Below, one piece after another: positions 7,662 to 20,639 of a DNA stretch of 44,229 nucleotides; position 1 is the stretch's first letter, and every line of letters starts with the position of its first letter. The notes beneath the pieces are model-generated. The model did not search any database and was not told the origin of the DNA. It saw only the letters and a list, made by a program, of their open reading frames with translations. The translations under genes were made by a program, and so were the position numbers. The stretch spans positions 1-44,229 of the forward strand of contig VFJJ01000014.1 of the NCBI GenBank assembly GCA_009886115.1. The letters run 5' to 3'. The DNA is from Actinomycetota bacterium. Lineage in GTDB: Bacteria > Actinomycetota > Acidimicrobiia > IMCC26256 > VFJJ01.

Positions 7662-10237
7662 TCACCGTGAGGAGGCGCTGCGAGTCGGAGACGCGGCGAT
7701 CTGGGGCGCGAAGCCCAGTGACTCGGCCAGGGCCACCAGGGCCGGATCAGGGGGGACGGTGTCACCGAGCCAACGGTTGACGACGTTCTGAGCCGACCAG
7801 CGCTCGACCGGGAAGGGCAGCCGGGCCGTCGCATCGACGGCGCGGGCCAGCTCGGCTTGCACCGCGGGGGAGTGGGGGGCGTCCTCGAGGTGACTGGCCA
7901 GGTCGGACAGGGTGGCCGAGGCGGTGAACGCGAGGGTGTCGGCGGGGAGCACGAGCCCGAGGTCGTGGGCCTCGTCGAGGAGACGCTGCACCTCGGCGGG
8001 GTCGATCCGCACGGGATGCAGCGCCCGGCGAAGATCGGCGGCGACCACCAGCTCGGCGGTCGCCCGCAGGCTCGCGGGCAGGGGCACGCTGAGCGATGCG
8101 AGGAAACGCAACAGCGGCGCCTGGTCGTCGTACAGCGAGCGGTGGACGGCCTCGGTCTCGGCCAGGGTCGCAGCGAGCACGTCGTCGACGACACGGCGGC
8201 GCAGATCTCGAAACAGCGAGTTCAGCGAGAGCGGGAACCCGGCGAAATGCCGGTCGAGGGCCCGGATCGTTCCCGGAACGTCGGCCTGCTGGAACGCGGC
8301 GGACACGTCGGCGACCATGTCGTCGTAGGCGGCAGGTCCGGGCGACGGCCGTGCGCCTCCCGTGAGCGAGTGGTCACCCAGGTGCAACAAGCCGTAGCTG
8401 AGCGTGGTCGATTCGCGCGTCGTGCCCGACACGACCCTGACCCGTCCGATCGCCACCCGGGCTCGACCGGCGTGGATGATCCGGTGGTCGAGCCGGTCGA
8501 TCTCGAACTGGTACATGAGCGCGGTACCGGCCGAGCCGTCGAAGAGCCCGGCCAGGCCCGAACGCGACGTCCGCTCGGTCGGGCGGACATCGGCACGGGC
8601 GCCGTTCGGTGCGGGAGGTTGTACAACGCCGTGCGATATGGGCGCGTGGGCGTTGGGTCCGGTGGAGCCGTTGGGGAACAGCGTGGTCACGGCATAGTTG
8701 GCCCCGACCCGAACGAGATCGACGCGGGCCGGCGCGATGAACCGGTCGTAGACGATCGCGGCGTTCGGGAGCTCGGCCAGATTGCCGGGAACTGCAGCCA
8801 GGCGCTCGCGGAGCTCGGCTTCGAGGCCCGGTCGCAGGCCCAACGTGTCCTCGGCGAGCTGCACCGCGCAGCCCGCGTACCGCAGCACCTGGGTGGTTTC
8901 GATGCCTGAGACCTCGTCGAAGAACCAGCCGCAGCTCGTGTACATCAACACCAGGAAGCGCTGGAGCTCCAGCAGGTGCAGGGCGCGCACCACCTCGATC
9001 CCGGTGAGGCTCCGCGAAGCGTGCCGTTCGAAGAACGCCCCGATCGCAGCTTCGGACCGCTCGAGCACGACATCGATGTAGTCGTCGCGCGCCAGCCACG
9101 GATCGTCGACGAGGAGCGAGAGCTCGCGCTCGTACGGTCCGGCGAGGGTGTCTCGCAGCCAGTCGAAGGTGGCCCGCAGACCCCCTCGCCAACGCTGGTG
9201 CCAGCCGCCGTGTCCGCTCGGTCCGCCGCCGTTGCAGCCACAGTCGCTGCGCCACCGTTCGATCCCGTGGGCGCAGCTCCACGACGTGTTCTCGGCGATC
9301 TCGGCCTCGTGGGTGGGCGGGAACAGCTCGAGGAACTCGCCGTAGTTCGTGAGGCGGACGTCGTCGCGTCGCTCGAGGTCGTCGAGGGCGACGGCCAGCG
9401 CCATGTCGCCGAAACGGTGATGATGGCCGTAGCTCTCGCCGTCGGTCGCGATGTGCAGCAGCTGCGGGCGGTCGAGCCGTTCCGACGCCGAGCCGAGCAG
9501 GCGTCCCGACAGTCGCAGCCCGTCGGTGAGGAGCTGCTCGAAAGCGACCGCTCGCGAGATCGGACCGTCGTAGAAGAACACGACGATCGTCCGTCCCGAG
9601 GGGAGCGAGACCCTGTAGGGCATCGTCGGGTCGACCCCCGAGCCGACGGTCTCCCAGGTCGCGCCCGCCGGGTCGGTCAACGGCCTGACCCGAGCGGCTT
9701 GGTGCGGTGCCAGGATGGTGAAGGCGATCCCGGCAACCGAGAGATCGTCGAGGGTCGCGAGATCGACGGCGGTCTCGGGGAGCCACATGCCCTCGGGCCG
9801 TCGACCGAAGCGTCGTTCGAAGTCGCGCACGCCCCAGGCGATCTGGGTCCGGCGGTCGCGGGCGTTGGCGAGCGGCATGATCATGTGGTTGTACGGCTGG
9901 GCCAGCGCGGATCCGTGCCCGCGGTGGGCCTGCCGACTGGCATGGTCGGACTCCACGACGGCCCGGTGGACGTCGGGCCGGTGCTGATCGAGCCATGACA
10001 ACAGCGTGGGTCCGAGGTTGAAGCTGATGCGCCGGTAGTTGTCGACGATGCGCTCGATGCGACCCTGCCCGTCGAGAACCCGGGCCGCCGAGTTGGGCGC
10101 GTAGCACTCGGCTGTGATGCGTTCGTTCCAGTCGTGGAAGGGCGCGGCGCTGTCTTGGGCTTCGACCGCGCCCAGCCACGGGTTCTCTCGGGGTGGCTGG
10201 TAGAAGTGCCCGTGGATGCAGACGTAGCGAGGGTGCG

Positions 10238-10241
<4 letters not shown>
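7662..10241 (-). CDS. GH57-type glycoside hydrolase with DUF3536 domain
   Basis: CIHGHFYQPPRENPW, GMWLPETAVD, IATDGESYGHH, SWSCAHGIERW, MYTSCGWFFDE; ATGA overlap with the glgB stop. Confidence 0.9.
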
Positions 10242-12184
<1,943 letters not shown>

Positions 12185-12188
12185 CGGA

Positions 12189-14405
12189 TCACCGCCTGGA
12201 AGACCGTGGGATGGCTACAGGTGCTGTCGCCGCTGGAGGAGGCGCGGCCGGCTGGTAGTACTCGGCGACGTACTGATCGACCATCCGGTGAGCGGTGAAG
12301 ACCGGCGCCAGTGTCGCGAGCGCAGACTTCATCATGGCGACCCACGTGCGCGGCACGTCGTCGCTGCGGTCGTAGAACGCCCGGACCACGCTGGTCTCGA
12401 GCAGGCGGTACAGGGCGTTGGCGTCTTGGATGTCTTGACGATCCTCGTCACGGAACCGGCGACCCGCGATGGCCCACCCGAACGGCGTCGCGGTGGGGTC
12501 GCGGTCGATCCAGGCCTCGTCCCACCACCCGTCGAGCGTGCTGAGGTTGAGGCTCCCGTTGACCATGGCCTTCATCCCCGACGTACCGCACGCCTCGTGG
12601 GGGCGTCGGGGGGTGTTGAGCCACACGTCGCACCCCTGGACGAGCTGACGGGCGACGGCGGTGTCGTAGTCCTCGAGGAACACCAGGCGTCGCCGCAGGA
12701 GGGGGTCGGCTGCGAACGCCGCCACCTGCCGGATGACGTCCTTGCCGCCCTCGTCGCGGGGATGGGCCTTGCCGGCAACGAGCACCTGCACGGGCCGAGC
12801 CGGATTGCTCAACAGGCGTGCGAGACGAGCCGGGTCGGACAACAACAGAGCCCCGCGCTTGTAGGTGGCGAACCGGCGGGCGAAGCCGATCGTGAGCGCC
12901 CGGGGATCGAGCACGTCGGTGACCTGGGCCAGCTCGGCCGGCGTCGCGTCGCGTCGGGCGTGCTGATGATGGATCGTGTCGCGGGCGAAGGCGACGAGGC
13001 GCTCACGACGTCGTCCCTTGATCCGCCAGAGCTCCTCGTCGGGAATGCTCGCCACGCGGGCCCACACCTCGGGATCCTCGGGCGTGGTGCGCCAGCCCGC
13101 ACCGAGCCAGCGGTCGAAGAGCGCCGCGAGATCGTCGGAGACGAACGTGGGGTAGTGGACGCCATTGGTGACGTGGCCGATCGGCGTCGTTGCCGACGTG
13201 GGGAACACGTCCTGCCACATGGCCCGGCTGACCTCACCGTGGAGCCGGCTCACGCCGTTGGCCCGGGAGGCCAGGCGCAGCGCCAGCACGGTCATGCAGA
13301 ACGGCTCGAGCTTGTCGTGGGGATTGCGGCGACCGAGCCCGAGGAACTCGTCGGGCGTGATGCCCAAGATCGCGGGGTACTCGCCCAGGTACGACAGGAG
13401 CAGCTCGGGCGGGAAGTAGTCGTGTCCGGCAGCGACGGGTGTGTGGGTCGTGAACACGAGGTCGCGTGCGGCCCGGTCGCGCGCGGCTGCGAAATCGAGG
13501 CCGTCGCGCTCGACGAACCGGCGCACGTGCTCGAGGGCGAGAAAGGCGCTGTGCCCCTCGTTCATGTGGAAGCGGCTGCACGCAACGCCGAGAGCCTCGA
13601 GCGCTCGATATCCGCCGATTCCCAGGATGATCTCCTGGCGCAGCCGGGTCTCGATGTCGCCGCCGTAGAGATGCTGGGCGATCCACCGGTCGTCAGGCTC
13701 GTTCTCGGGATCGCCCGTGTCGAGGAGCTGGAGCGAGACCTGGCCCACGGCGACGGTCCACACCCGGGCCGTGACGATGCGGCCCGGGAAGGCCACGGTG
13801 ATCGAGACCGGACGCCCATGGCCGTCGCAGGCCCGATGGATGGGGAGCACCTCGAGCTGGGCATCCTCGTACAGCTCCTGCTGGCGCCCGTCCTCGGTCA
13901 GACGCTGCCTGAAGTAGCCCTCCCGGTAGAGCAGGCTCACGCCGGTGATCGGCAGGCTGCGGTCGCTGGCGGCCTTGAGGTGGTCGCCGGCGAGGATGCC
14001 GAGCCCGCCCGAGTAGATCTGGAGGCACTCGGTGATCCCGAACTCGGCCGAGAAGTAGCCGACGGCCGGTACATCGGAGCGGATGGGGCGGGCGAGGTAC
14101 GCAGCGAGCTCGTCGGCTTGACGGTTCACCTCGGCGACGAAGCCGGCGTCGGCGGCCGCGACGGCGAGGCGCACGGGATCGATGAGGGCGAGCATGCGCA
14201 CCGGGTTGTGCGCCGAGCGCTCCCACAGCGAGCCGTCGAGACGCCGGAAGACCTCGACTGCCGGTCGGTGCCACGACCACCGCACGTTCGCCGCCAGACG
14301 GGCGAGAGCAGTCAGCGCCTCGGGGAGAGCCACGACACGGTTGGTGAGGCCGGCGGGACCAGCCGGGTCGGTGCGGTCGGTGCGGGGAAGGGCGCGCTTG
14401 ACCAT
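12189..14405 (-). CDS. glgP: Alpha-glucan phosphorylase
   Basis: YFSAEFG, YSGGLGILAGDHLK, HMNEGHS, TNGVH, GFARRFATYKR, EACGTSGMK. Start at MVKRA; the longer ORF-track N-terminus overlaps the upstream gene. Confidence 0.96.
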   Translation of the reverse strand: MVKRALPRTDRTDPAGPAGLTNRVVALPEALTALARLAANVRWSWHRPAVEVFRRLDGSLWERSAHNPVRMLALIDPVRLAVAAADAGFVAEVNRQADELAAYLARPIRSDVPAVGYFSAEFGITECLQIYSGGLGILAGDHLKAASDRSLPITGVSLLYREGYFRQRLTEDGRQQELYEDAQLEVLPIHRACDGHGRPVSITVAFPGRIVTARVWTVAVGQVSLQLLDTGDPENEPDDRWIAQHLYGGDIETRLRQEIILGIGGYRALEALGVACSRFHMNEGHSAFLALEHVRRFVERDGLDFAAARDRAARDLVFTTHTPVAAGHDYFPPELLLSYLGEYPAILGITPDEFLGLGRRNPHDKLEPFCMTVLALRLASRANGVSRLHGEVSRAMWQDVFPTSATTPIGHVTNGVHYPTFVSDDLAALFDRWLGAGWRTTPEDPEVWARVASIPDEELWRIKGRRRERLVAFARDTIHHQHARRDATPAELAQVTDVLDPRALTIGFARRFATYKRGALLLSDPARLARLLSNPARPVQVLVAGKAHPRDEGGKDVIRQVAAFAADPLLRRRLVFLEDYDTAVARQLVQGCDVWLNTPRRPHEACGTSGMKAMVNGSLNLSTLDGWWDEAWIDRDPTATPFGWAIAGRRFRDEDRQDIQDANALYRLLETSVVRAFYDRSDDVPRTWVAMMKSALATLAPVFTAHRMVDQYVAEYYQPAAPPPAATAPVAIPRSSRR

Positions 14406-14481
14406 ATCGGCATGGTATCGGCCACTCCCGGAGGCACCTGGAGTGTTGGGGTGCCGCCTCCGCACGGCGTGGGCTCCAGCC

Positions 14482-15531
14482 TCAGCGGAGGTTGGCTCGG
14501 GCCAGCTCGCGCATGCCGTCGTCGAAGCCCACGTCGGCGGAAAAGCCCAGCTCCACCCGGGCCTTCTCGGGGGACGCGAAGACGTGGCGGACGTCGCCGA
14601 GCCGGTAGCCGCCGACGATCTCCGGCCTGGGCGCTTGAGGTCCCGCGGCGTCGGCCAAGGCCCGGGCGAGGTCGCCCACGCTGCGAGGCGTGCCCGAGGC
14701 CACGTTGTACGCGTGGAATCCGGGCGGGAGGTCAACGGTGAGCGCGGCGAGGTTGGCCCGAGCGACATCGCGCACGTGCACGAAGTCGCGGGTCTGGCCC
14801 CCGTCCTCGAACACCTCGGGAGCCCGTCCGCCGGCGATGGCGCTGCGGAAGATGCTGGCCACCCCGGCATAGGGCGTGTCGCGGGGCATCCGGGGTCCGT
14901 AGACGTTGTGGTATCGCAGGGCGACGACCGTGGTGTCGTGCTCGCGAGCCCACGACGCACACAGGTGCTCCTGGTGGAGCTTGGTGGCGGCGTAGACGTT
15001 GCGGGGATCGAGGGGGGCGTCCTCGCCAACGGGCACCGGCGCGAGGTCGCGCCGGCACTGCGGGCACGGCGGTTCGTAGCGGCCCTGCTCGAGGTCGACC
15101 TCGGTGCGGGGGCCCGGGCGCACGTCGCCGTGCACCGAGCACTGGTAACGGCCCTCGCCGTACACGACCATCGAGGATGCGAGCACCAGCCGACCTCGAA
15201 AACCCACGTGGTGCATGGCCCACAGGGCAACGGCGGTGCCCGTGTCGTTGCTGGCGACGTAGGCCGTGATGTCGGCAAAATCGACCCCGAGCCCCACCTT
15301 GCCGGCCTGGTGGCACACCGCGTCGACCCGGGGCAGGAGCTCGACCCAGGTCTCGCGATCGCCAACGTCGACGAACCGGTGCTCGACCCGGTCGTGGAGG
15401 TACTCGGGACGGCTGCGGTGGGCCGCGGGGTCGAGGTTGTCGACGACCACCGCCGTGTGGCCCGCGGCGAGGAGCGCGTCGACCACGTGCGAGCCGATGA
15501 AGCCGGCACCTCCGGTGACCAGAACGTGCAT
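14482..15531 (-). CDS. NAD-dependent epimerase/dehydratase (extended SDR)
   Basis: VLVTGGAGFIGSH, ASSMVVYGEG, YAATK, LRYHNVYGP, RDFVHV; Cys-rich insert CSVHG...CPQC; GGAGG RBS. Confidence 0.93.
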   Translation of the reverse strand: MHVLVTGGAGFIGSHVVDALLAAGHTAVVVDNLDPAAHRSRPEYLHDRVEHRFVDVGDRETWVELLPRVDAVCHQAGKVGLGVDFADITAYVASNDTGTAVALWAMHHVGFRGRLVLASSMVVYGEGRYQCSVHGDVRPGPRTEVDLEQGRYEPPCPQCRRDLAPVPVGEDAPLDPRNVYAATKLHQEHLCASWAREHDTTVVALRYHNVYGPRMPRDTPYAGVASIFRSAIAGGRAPEVFEDGGQTRDFVHVRDVARANLAALTVDLPPGFHAYNVASGTPRSVGDLARALADAAGPQAPRPEIVGGYRLGDVRHVFASPEKARVELGFSADVGFDDGMRELARANLR

Positions 15532-15599
15532 CGGGACCTCCGGGGCTCGGCGGTCACGGGCATGACCGGGTGGACGGGGCGCGCTGTCCGGAACCCCAG

Positions 15600-16982
15600 T
15601 CACCAGGGCGAACGTAGCGTGAGCTGGAGCGCGAGGGCCATGACGACCTGAGCACCGAGCCAGGGCGGCCATCGCCGAGCCCACGGCGAGCCCGGCTCGG
15701 GCAGCGCAACTGCGGCCACGAGCAGCCAGGGCGTGAACGGGAGCCAGATCCGTTCCACCTCGCCCTTGGTGAAGCCGCTCAGGTCGGCGACGGCCACTCC
15801 AGCGAGGGCGGCGCCGGTGAGGAGCCACGTCGTCCGGTCACGCAGCACGACGATCCCGGCGACGGCCGCCGGGCCGACGATGGCGGCGAGCACCGCGAGA
15901 TCGGCGACCACGAAGTAGCGCCACGGTCGGAACCGAGCGACGGTGTCGACGTAGCGCCCATGGGTCGCCGAGAGCCCGTCGAGCCACCAGAAACCGGAGG
16001 CGGTGAACGCCCCCACGACGACCATGCCGCCGAGCACGGCCAGCGCCGCCGATCGCCAGGCGCGCCGGTGCACCACGATGGCCACCGCGGGCACCAAGAA
16101 CAACGGCGCGGCGTAGGTGCAGTAGCAGAGGGCGGCTGCGAGCGCCCCGGCCGCCAGCGCCCATCCGTCTCGACTGTGGCCACGACGTGACGGCCCGGGT
16201 GACGAGGCGGACGCACCTTCGGTCGCCCAGGCCATGAGCGCCGTCGTCCACGCTGCCAGCCCGAGGAACGCCCCGTCCATCGAGGTCACCGAGAAGATGG
16301 CTGCCGGGCTGAGCGCCAGGTAGGGCAGGGCCCGGCGGGCGATGGCCTCACCGGCGACCGAGCGGACGGCGACGAGAGCCGCCGCGGCGGCCGACGCGCC
16401 GACAGCGATCACGGCGAGCGCCGCCCAGCGCGCCCCGCCCAGCCCGATGGCGTCGAGGGCCCGGAGCCCGACCACGGGTCCCGGAGGATGGCCCTGCACG
16501 TGGACGGGGTACTCGGTGATGCGGTCGGTGAACGTGCGCAGGAAGGCGCGGGTCGAGTCGATGTCGTCGACCACCCCCAGGTACTCGAAGCGGGTCGTGA
16601 GCGGCCGGGCCAGTCGGGCCGCACCGTCGGTGGCCAAGGCCAACGCGCTGCCCCACGCCGCGCTCGCCAGCCACCCGGTGAGCACCACCACCCGCCAGCG
16701 GGCCCGGCCTGCGAGCACCGGGAGACCGCGCACGGCCGAGACAGCGACGGCGATCGTCACGATCACGCCCGCCCCGACGCGCGGCCGCCAGTACCCGAGG
16801 AACGGCGCAGCCGGGAGGAGGATCCTGGGATCGGAAGCGACGAGCCGCCTACCCCACCAGACGCTGGTCGCGAAGCCGATCGCCACGACCACCAGGGTCA
16901 CGACGACGGCGCGTGCGGGCCCCGACCGCTCGGGACGAGCCGCGACCGGTCGGCGGGGAGCTGGTGTCTCAGCCGCCGGCAC
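15600..16982 (-). CDS. Polytopic membrane protein, possible GT-C-like glycosyltransferase (Rv0541c-like)
   Basis: Many TM helices with loops EYL, HVQGHPPG, SMDG, KGEVERIWLPF; upstream of the epimerase. Function is inferred. Confidence 0.75.
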   Translation of the reverse strand: MPAAETPAPRRPVAARPERSGPARAVVVTLVVVAIGFATSVWWGRRLVASDPRILLPAAPFLGYWRPRVGAGVIVTIAVAVSAVRGLPVLAGRARWRVVVLTGWLASAAWGSALALATDGAARLARPLTTRFEYLGVVDDIDSTRAFLRTFTDRITEYPVHVQGHPPGPVVGLRALDAIGLGGARWAALAVIAVGASAAAAALVAVRSVAGEAIARRALPYLALSPAAIFSVTSMDGAFLGLAAWTTALMAWATEGASASSPGPSRRGHSRDGWALAAGALAAALCYCTYAAPLFLVPAVAIVVHRRAWRSAALAVLGGMVVVGAFTASGFWWLDGLSATHGRYVDTVARFRPWRYFVVADLAVLAAIVGPAAVAGIVVLRDRTTWLLTGAALAGVAVADLSGFTKGEVERIWLPFTPWLLVAAVALPEPGSPWARRWPPWLGAQVVMALALQLTLRSPW

Positions 16983-18045
16983 GCCGGGCCGGGTCTGCCG
17001 GGGTTGCCGGGCCTGCCGGGTCAGCCGCGGGTGCCGGGTCTGCCGGGTCTGCCGGGCCTGCCGGGTCAGCGTGCGGCGCCCGAGGTATAACCCTCGGGGT
17101 CAGCACCAGGGTGAGGACCGCAGCCGCGCACACGGCGAGGTTTCCGCCGCGCTGGGCGCCCAGCCAGTTGGTGTCGCGTCCGAACTGCACGAGCACCTGG
17201 AGACCCAGCACGACGAATCCCGACGTCGCCGCGCTCGTGAGCGTCGCCGACCGTCGCACCACGCCCAGCAGCCCGACGGCGGCGACCATGCCGTAGAGCA
17301 GGGCGCCCAACCCGTTCAGCTGCACGAGATCGCCCATGAACCAGTCGTCGTTGCGCAACAGCACGATCCGGCCTCGATCGGCCGTGAACCCCACGGTGTG
17401 CGATGCGATGAGCGCGTAGACGGCCATCGCTAGGGCGCTGGCGAGCACGACGATCGGAACCGACCGACCGTTGCCACCGCGGCGACCGCCATCATCGGCG
17501 ACGGCTGCCGCGCCCCGGCCGGCGGTGGCACACCGAACTCGGCCCCGGGCCGGGCAACGGAGCGCGTCGAGGCCGTAGGTGGAGCCCGGGCCCACAGCGG
17601 CGAGCACCAGATGGCCCGCGATGAGCATCCAGTAGGCCCAGCCCCATTCACCCGGGGTGTTGAGGGCACTCAGCGCGATCAGCAACGAGAGCCCGGCCCC
17701 GGCCAGTGCCGAGGCCCGGGTCCAGATCCCGACGAGCAGCGTCGCGCCGAGGCCGGCCTCGGCGAGGAACGTGATCCAGCCGAACACCGAGAAGTGCTCG
17801 AGCACCAGGTGCTCGACGATCCAGGCCCAGGGAGCGAACACCTCGTGGTCGATGGCGTTCACCGTCTGGTTCCGCAGGGCCACGAAGTCGGGTGGCACCT
17901 TCCAACCGGCGCTCTGGACCCACAGCAGCCCGAACAGCACGCGCAGCCCGGTGAGCGCTAGCGGCGTCGTGCGCTCGGGGTCGCGGACGAGGTCGACACC
18001 CCGCTGCAGTCCGAGCCGACGACCGTTTCCAGAGGTGCTCGTCAT
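16969..18045 (-). CDS. Two-domain membrane protein: DoxD/DoxX-like N-terminus plus Rv1678-like C-terminus
   Basis: LRVLFGLLW...WKVPPDF...EAGLG..LLVG.WTR...EWGWAYW, then a second hydrophobic domain ending TNWLG; (PAD)n tail. Confidence 0.7.
   Translation of the reverse strand: MTSTSGNGRRLGLQRGVDLVRDPERTTPLALTGLRVLFGLLWVQSAGWKVPPDFVALRNQTVNAIDHEVFAPWAWIVEHLVLEHFSVFGWITFLAEAGLGATLLVGIWTRASALAGAGLSLLIALSALNTPGEWGWAYWMLIAGHLVLAAVGPGSTYGLDALRCPARGRVRCATAGRGAAAVADDGGRRGGNGRSVPIVVLASALAMAVYALIASHTVGFTADRGRIVLLRNDDWFMGDLVQLNGLGALLYGMVAAVGLLGVVRRSATLTSAATSGFVVLGLQVLVQFGRDTNWLGAQRGGNLAVCAAAVLTLVLTPRVIPRAPHADPAGPADPADPAPAADPAGPATPADPARRAGG
16988..17068. repeat. 9-bp tandem repeat x9 (consensus GCCGGGTCT)
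   Basis: Nine imperfect units encoding the DPAGPADPADPA tail on the minus strand. Confidence 0.9.
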
Positions 18046-18085
18046 CGGGCAACGGTACCCCCGTCCGCTGGTGCGGTGGGTGTGT

Positions 18086-18122
18086 GCTCAGAGCGCGCTC
18101 ACAGCGCGCTCACAGCGCGCTC
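18086..18122. repeat. 11-bp tandem repeat GCTCACAGCGC, about 3.4 copies
   Basis: GCTCAGAGCGC GCTCACAGCGC GCTCACAGCGC GCTC, between purK and the DoxD-like gene. Confidence 0.85.
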
Positions 18123-18128
18123 GACGCC

Positions 18129-19274
18129 TCACACGCCGATGGCCGTCCGGAGGCGCTCGCGCCTGGCGTGCAACTCGGTGGTGTCGGCGGCGGTGAGGGT
18201 CACGTGGCCGAGCTTGCGTCCCGGGCGGGGAGCCTTGTCGTAGACGTGGAGATGGGCGCCGGGGATCGCCAGGACCGCCGCGGGATCGGCCCGCGTTCCG
18301 ACGAGGTTGACCATGATCGACGGGCACCTCGGCGCCGTCGATCCGAGCGGCAGATCCAGCACCGCACGCACATGGTTCTCGAACTGGCTGGTGTGGGCGC
18401 CCTCGATCGTGGAGTGGCCCGAGTTGTGCACCCTGGGGGCGATCTCGTTGACGAGGAGATCGTCACCGACGGCGAAGCACTCGACGGCCAGCACGCCCAC
18501 GTAGTCCAACGCCTCGACGACGGCCCGCCCGATCTCGCCGGCCCGACGGGCGACGGCATCGGGAACGGAGCCGGGATCGACGATGCTCTCGTGCAGGATG
18601 CCGTCGTGATGCACGTTGCGCACCGGCGTCCACGTTGCGATCGAGCCGCTGCGGTCGCGTACGACCAGGATCGACCATTCGTCGTCGAAGGCGATCGTGC
18701 GCTCGACGATCGCCGGATGGCATCCGATCGCCTCCCAGGCCGCGTCGCGCTGGGCAACCGTCGAGGCGGCTCCGATGCGGGCCTGCCCGTGGCCGTCGTA
18801 TCCCAATCGTCGGGTCTTGATGATCGTCGGACGGGTGCGGGCCCCGACGCCGTCGAGGGGATCGTCGAGGACCCGATCGAGATCGGCCCGGTCGTCCACC
18901 ACGGCGAAATCGGCGGTGGGGATCCCGAGTGAGCGCACCCAGGCCTTCTCGACGGCACGGTCCTGCGTGGACGCCAGGGCCACCGCCTCGGGGGCGACGA
19001 CCGTCCGCTCAGCGAGCCAGGCGGCTGCTTCGTGGGGGACGTTCTCGAACTCCCAGGTGATCACGTCGGAGCGCTGCGCCAGATCGCCCAGCGCCTCGGG
19101 CTCGTATCCGGCCGTGATGACCTCGCCGACGGCCGCCGCGGGCGGGTCGGGCGCCGGATCGAGGAAGACACACCGCACACCCAGCGGAATCGCAGCGAGA
19201 CCGATCATCCGACCGAGCTGGCCGGCACCGAGCACCCCGACGACCGGCTGGGCCGGGTTGCGCAGGGCGATCAC
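18129..19274 (-). CDS. purK: N5-carboxyaminoimidazole ribonucleotide synthase
   Basis: [59 protein letters not shown] overlap with purE. Confidence 0.96.
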   Translation of the reverse strand: MIALRNPAQPVVGVLGAGQLGRMIGLAAIPLGVRCVFLDPAPDPPAAAVGEVITAGYEPEALGDLAQRSDVITWEFENVPHEAAAWLAERTVVAPEAVALASTQDRAVEKAWVRSLGIPTADFAVVDDRADLDRVLDDPLDGVGARTRPTIIKTRRLGYDGHGQARIGAASTVAQRDAAWEAIGCHPAIVERTIAFDDEWSILVVRDRSGSIATWTPVRNVHHDGILHESIVDPGSVPDAVARRAGEIGRAVVEALDYVGVLAVECFAVGDDLLVNEIAPRVHNSGHSTIEGAHTSQFENHVRAVLDLPLGSTAPRCPSIMVNLVGTRADPAAVLAIPGAHLHVYDKAPRPGRKLGHVTLTAADTTELHARRERLRTAIGV

Positions 19275-19771
19275 GACGGGGCCGGCTCGCGGGGGTCGCG
19301 GTCGGCCATCACGGCCGCAGTCTGGCGGGCCCGCCATGCCGCGAGCCGCGCACCGATCTCGGGATGGCTGCCCGCGACGATGGCCGCCGCGAGCAACGCG
19401 GCGTTGACGGCGCCGGCGCGGCCGATCGCCAGCGTCGCCACAGGGACGCCAGCCGGCATCTGCACGATCGACAGGAGCGAGTCGACGCCGTTGAGCGTCC
19501 GGCTCTCGATGGGGACCCCGAGGACGGGGAGCATCGTCTTGGCTGCGGTCATCCCGGGGAGGTGGGCTGCGCCACCTGCACCGGCGACGATCACCGCGAG
19601 GCCCCGCCCGGCGGCCGTCGATGCGTACTCGAAGAGGAGGTCGGGGGTCCGGTGCGCCGAGACCACACTGACCTCGTGGGCCACGCCGAGCTCCTCCAAC
19701 GTGGAGACCGTGTGGCGCATGGTCTCCCAGTCGGAGCGCGACCCCATGATCACGCCCACGAGCGGTGTCAC
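19271..19771 (-). CDS. purE: N5-CAIR mutase
   Basis: [39 protein letters not shown]. Confidence 0.98.
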   Translation of the reverse strand: MTPLVGVIMGSRSDWETMRHTVSTLEELGVAHEVSVVSAHRTPDLLFEYASTAAGRGLAVIVAGAGGAAHLPGMTAAKTMLPVLGVPIESRTLNGVDSLLSIVQMPAGVPVATLAIGRAGAVNAALLAAAIVAGSHPEIGARLAAWRARQTAAVMADRDPREPAPS

Positions 19772-20628
19772 GGGCGGGTGGCGGGGGAGTAGCGCTCAAC
19801 GAGGGGTGCGAGCCGGTCGAGCAGCGGCAAGACCACCTCGGCCCCGGCGGCTGGGAGCTGGAACGCGACCCCGTCGATCCCGGCATCGACGTAGGTGTCG
19901 AGGTTCTCGTGCGTCGGCGTCGCGTACGACACGTGCACCGCGATGGTCGACGGGTCGCGGCCGACCTCCTCGGCCATGGCGGCCATGCGGACCTTCAGCT
20001 TCAGGACCGGCATCGGTCCTTCGATGGGCGCCCAACCGTCGGCCCACCGCACGACCTCGGCGAGCACGGCCTTGCCGCCGCCGATCATGATGGGCGGGTG
20101 CGGTTGCTGGACGGGCTTGGGCCACTGCCAGCTCGGCGCCAACGAGACCATGGTGCCCGAGTACGAGGCCTCCTCCTCGGTCCAGAGGGCCTTCATGAGC
20201 TCGACCTTCTCTCGCAACAGGGTGCGTTTCCGGGCCGGGTCGATGCCATGGCCGCGCATCTCGTCGACGTTCCAGCCGTAGCCCACACCGAACGCCAGCA
20301 GGCGACCGCCACTGAGGTGGTCGACCGAGGCCACCTGCTTCGCCAACCCGATCGGATCGTGCTGGTTGACGAGGCACACCCCGGTCGCGACCCGCAGCCG
20401 CGAGGTGACGCTGACCGCCGCGGCCATGGCGACGAACGGGTCGAGCGAGCGCTTGTAGTACCGCGGCAGCTCACCGTCGACCATCGGCCAGGGCGTCTCA
20501 CGGCTGAGCGGGATGTGCGTGTGCTCGGGCACCCACAGGCTGTCGAAACCGCGGTCTTCGAGCGCCCGGGCCAGCTCGATGATGCCGATGGTCTCGTCGG
20601 TGGGGAAGATCGTCGCGCCGATCAGCAT
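19768..20628 (-). CDS. LLM-class F420-dependent oxidoreductase
   Basis: [51 protein letters not shown]. Confidence 0.9.
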   Translation of the reverse strand: MLIGATIFPTDETIGIIELARALEDRGFDSLWVPEHTHIPLSRETPWPMVDGELPRYYKRSLDPFVAMAAAVSVTSRLRVATGVCLVNQHDPIGLAKQVASVDHLSGGRLLAFGVGYGWNVDEMRGHGIDPARKRTLLREKVELMKALWTEEEASYSGTMVSLAPSWQWPKPVQQPHPPIMIGGGKAVLAEVVRWADGWAPIEGPMPVLKLKVRMAAMAEEVGRDPSTIAVHVSYATPTHENLDTYVDAGIDGVAFQLPAAGAEVVLPLLDRLAPLVERYSPATRP

Positions 20629-20639
20629 GGCCCGAGACG

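Noticed and set aside
12189..15563. Apparent giant fusion proteins in the ORF track (also 5687-7642, 7662-10739, 27926-30478, 38124-40967)
   Set aside because: The N-terminal extensions are off-frame or antisense readings of neighbouring genes; internal starts have promoter, RBS or overlap support.
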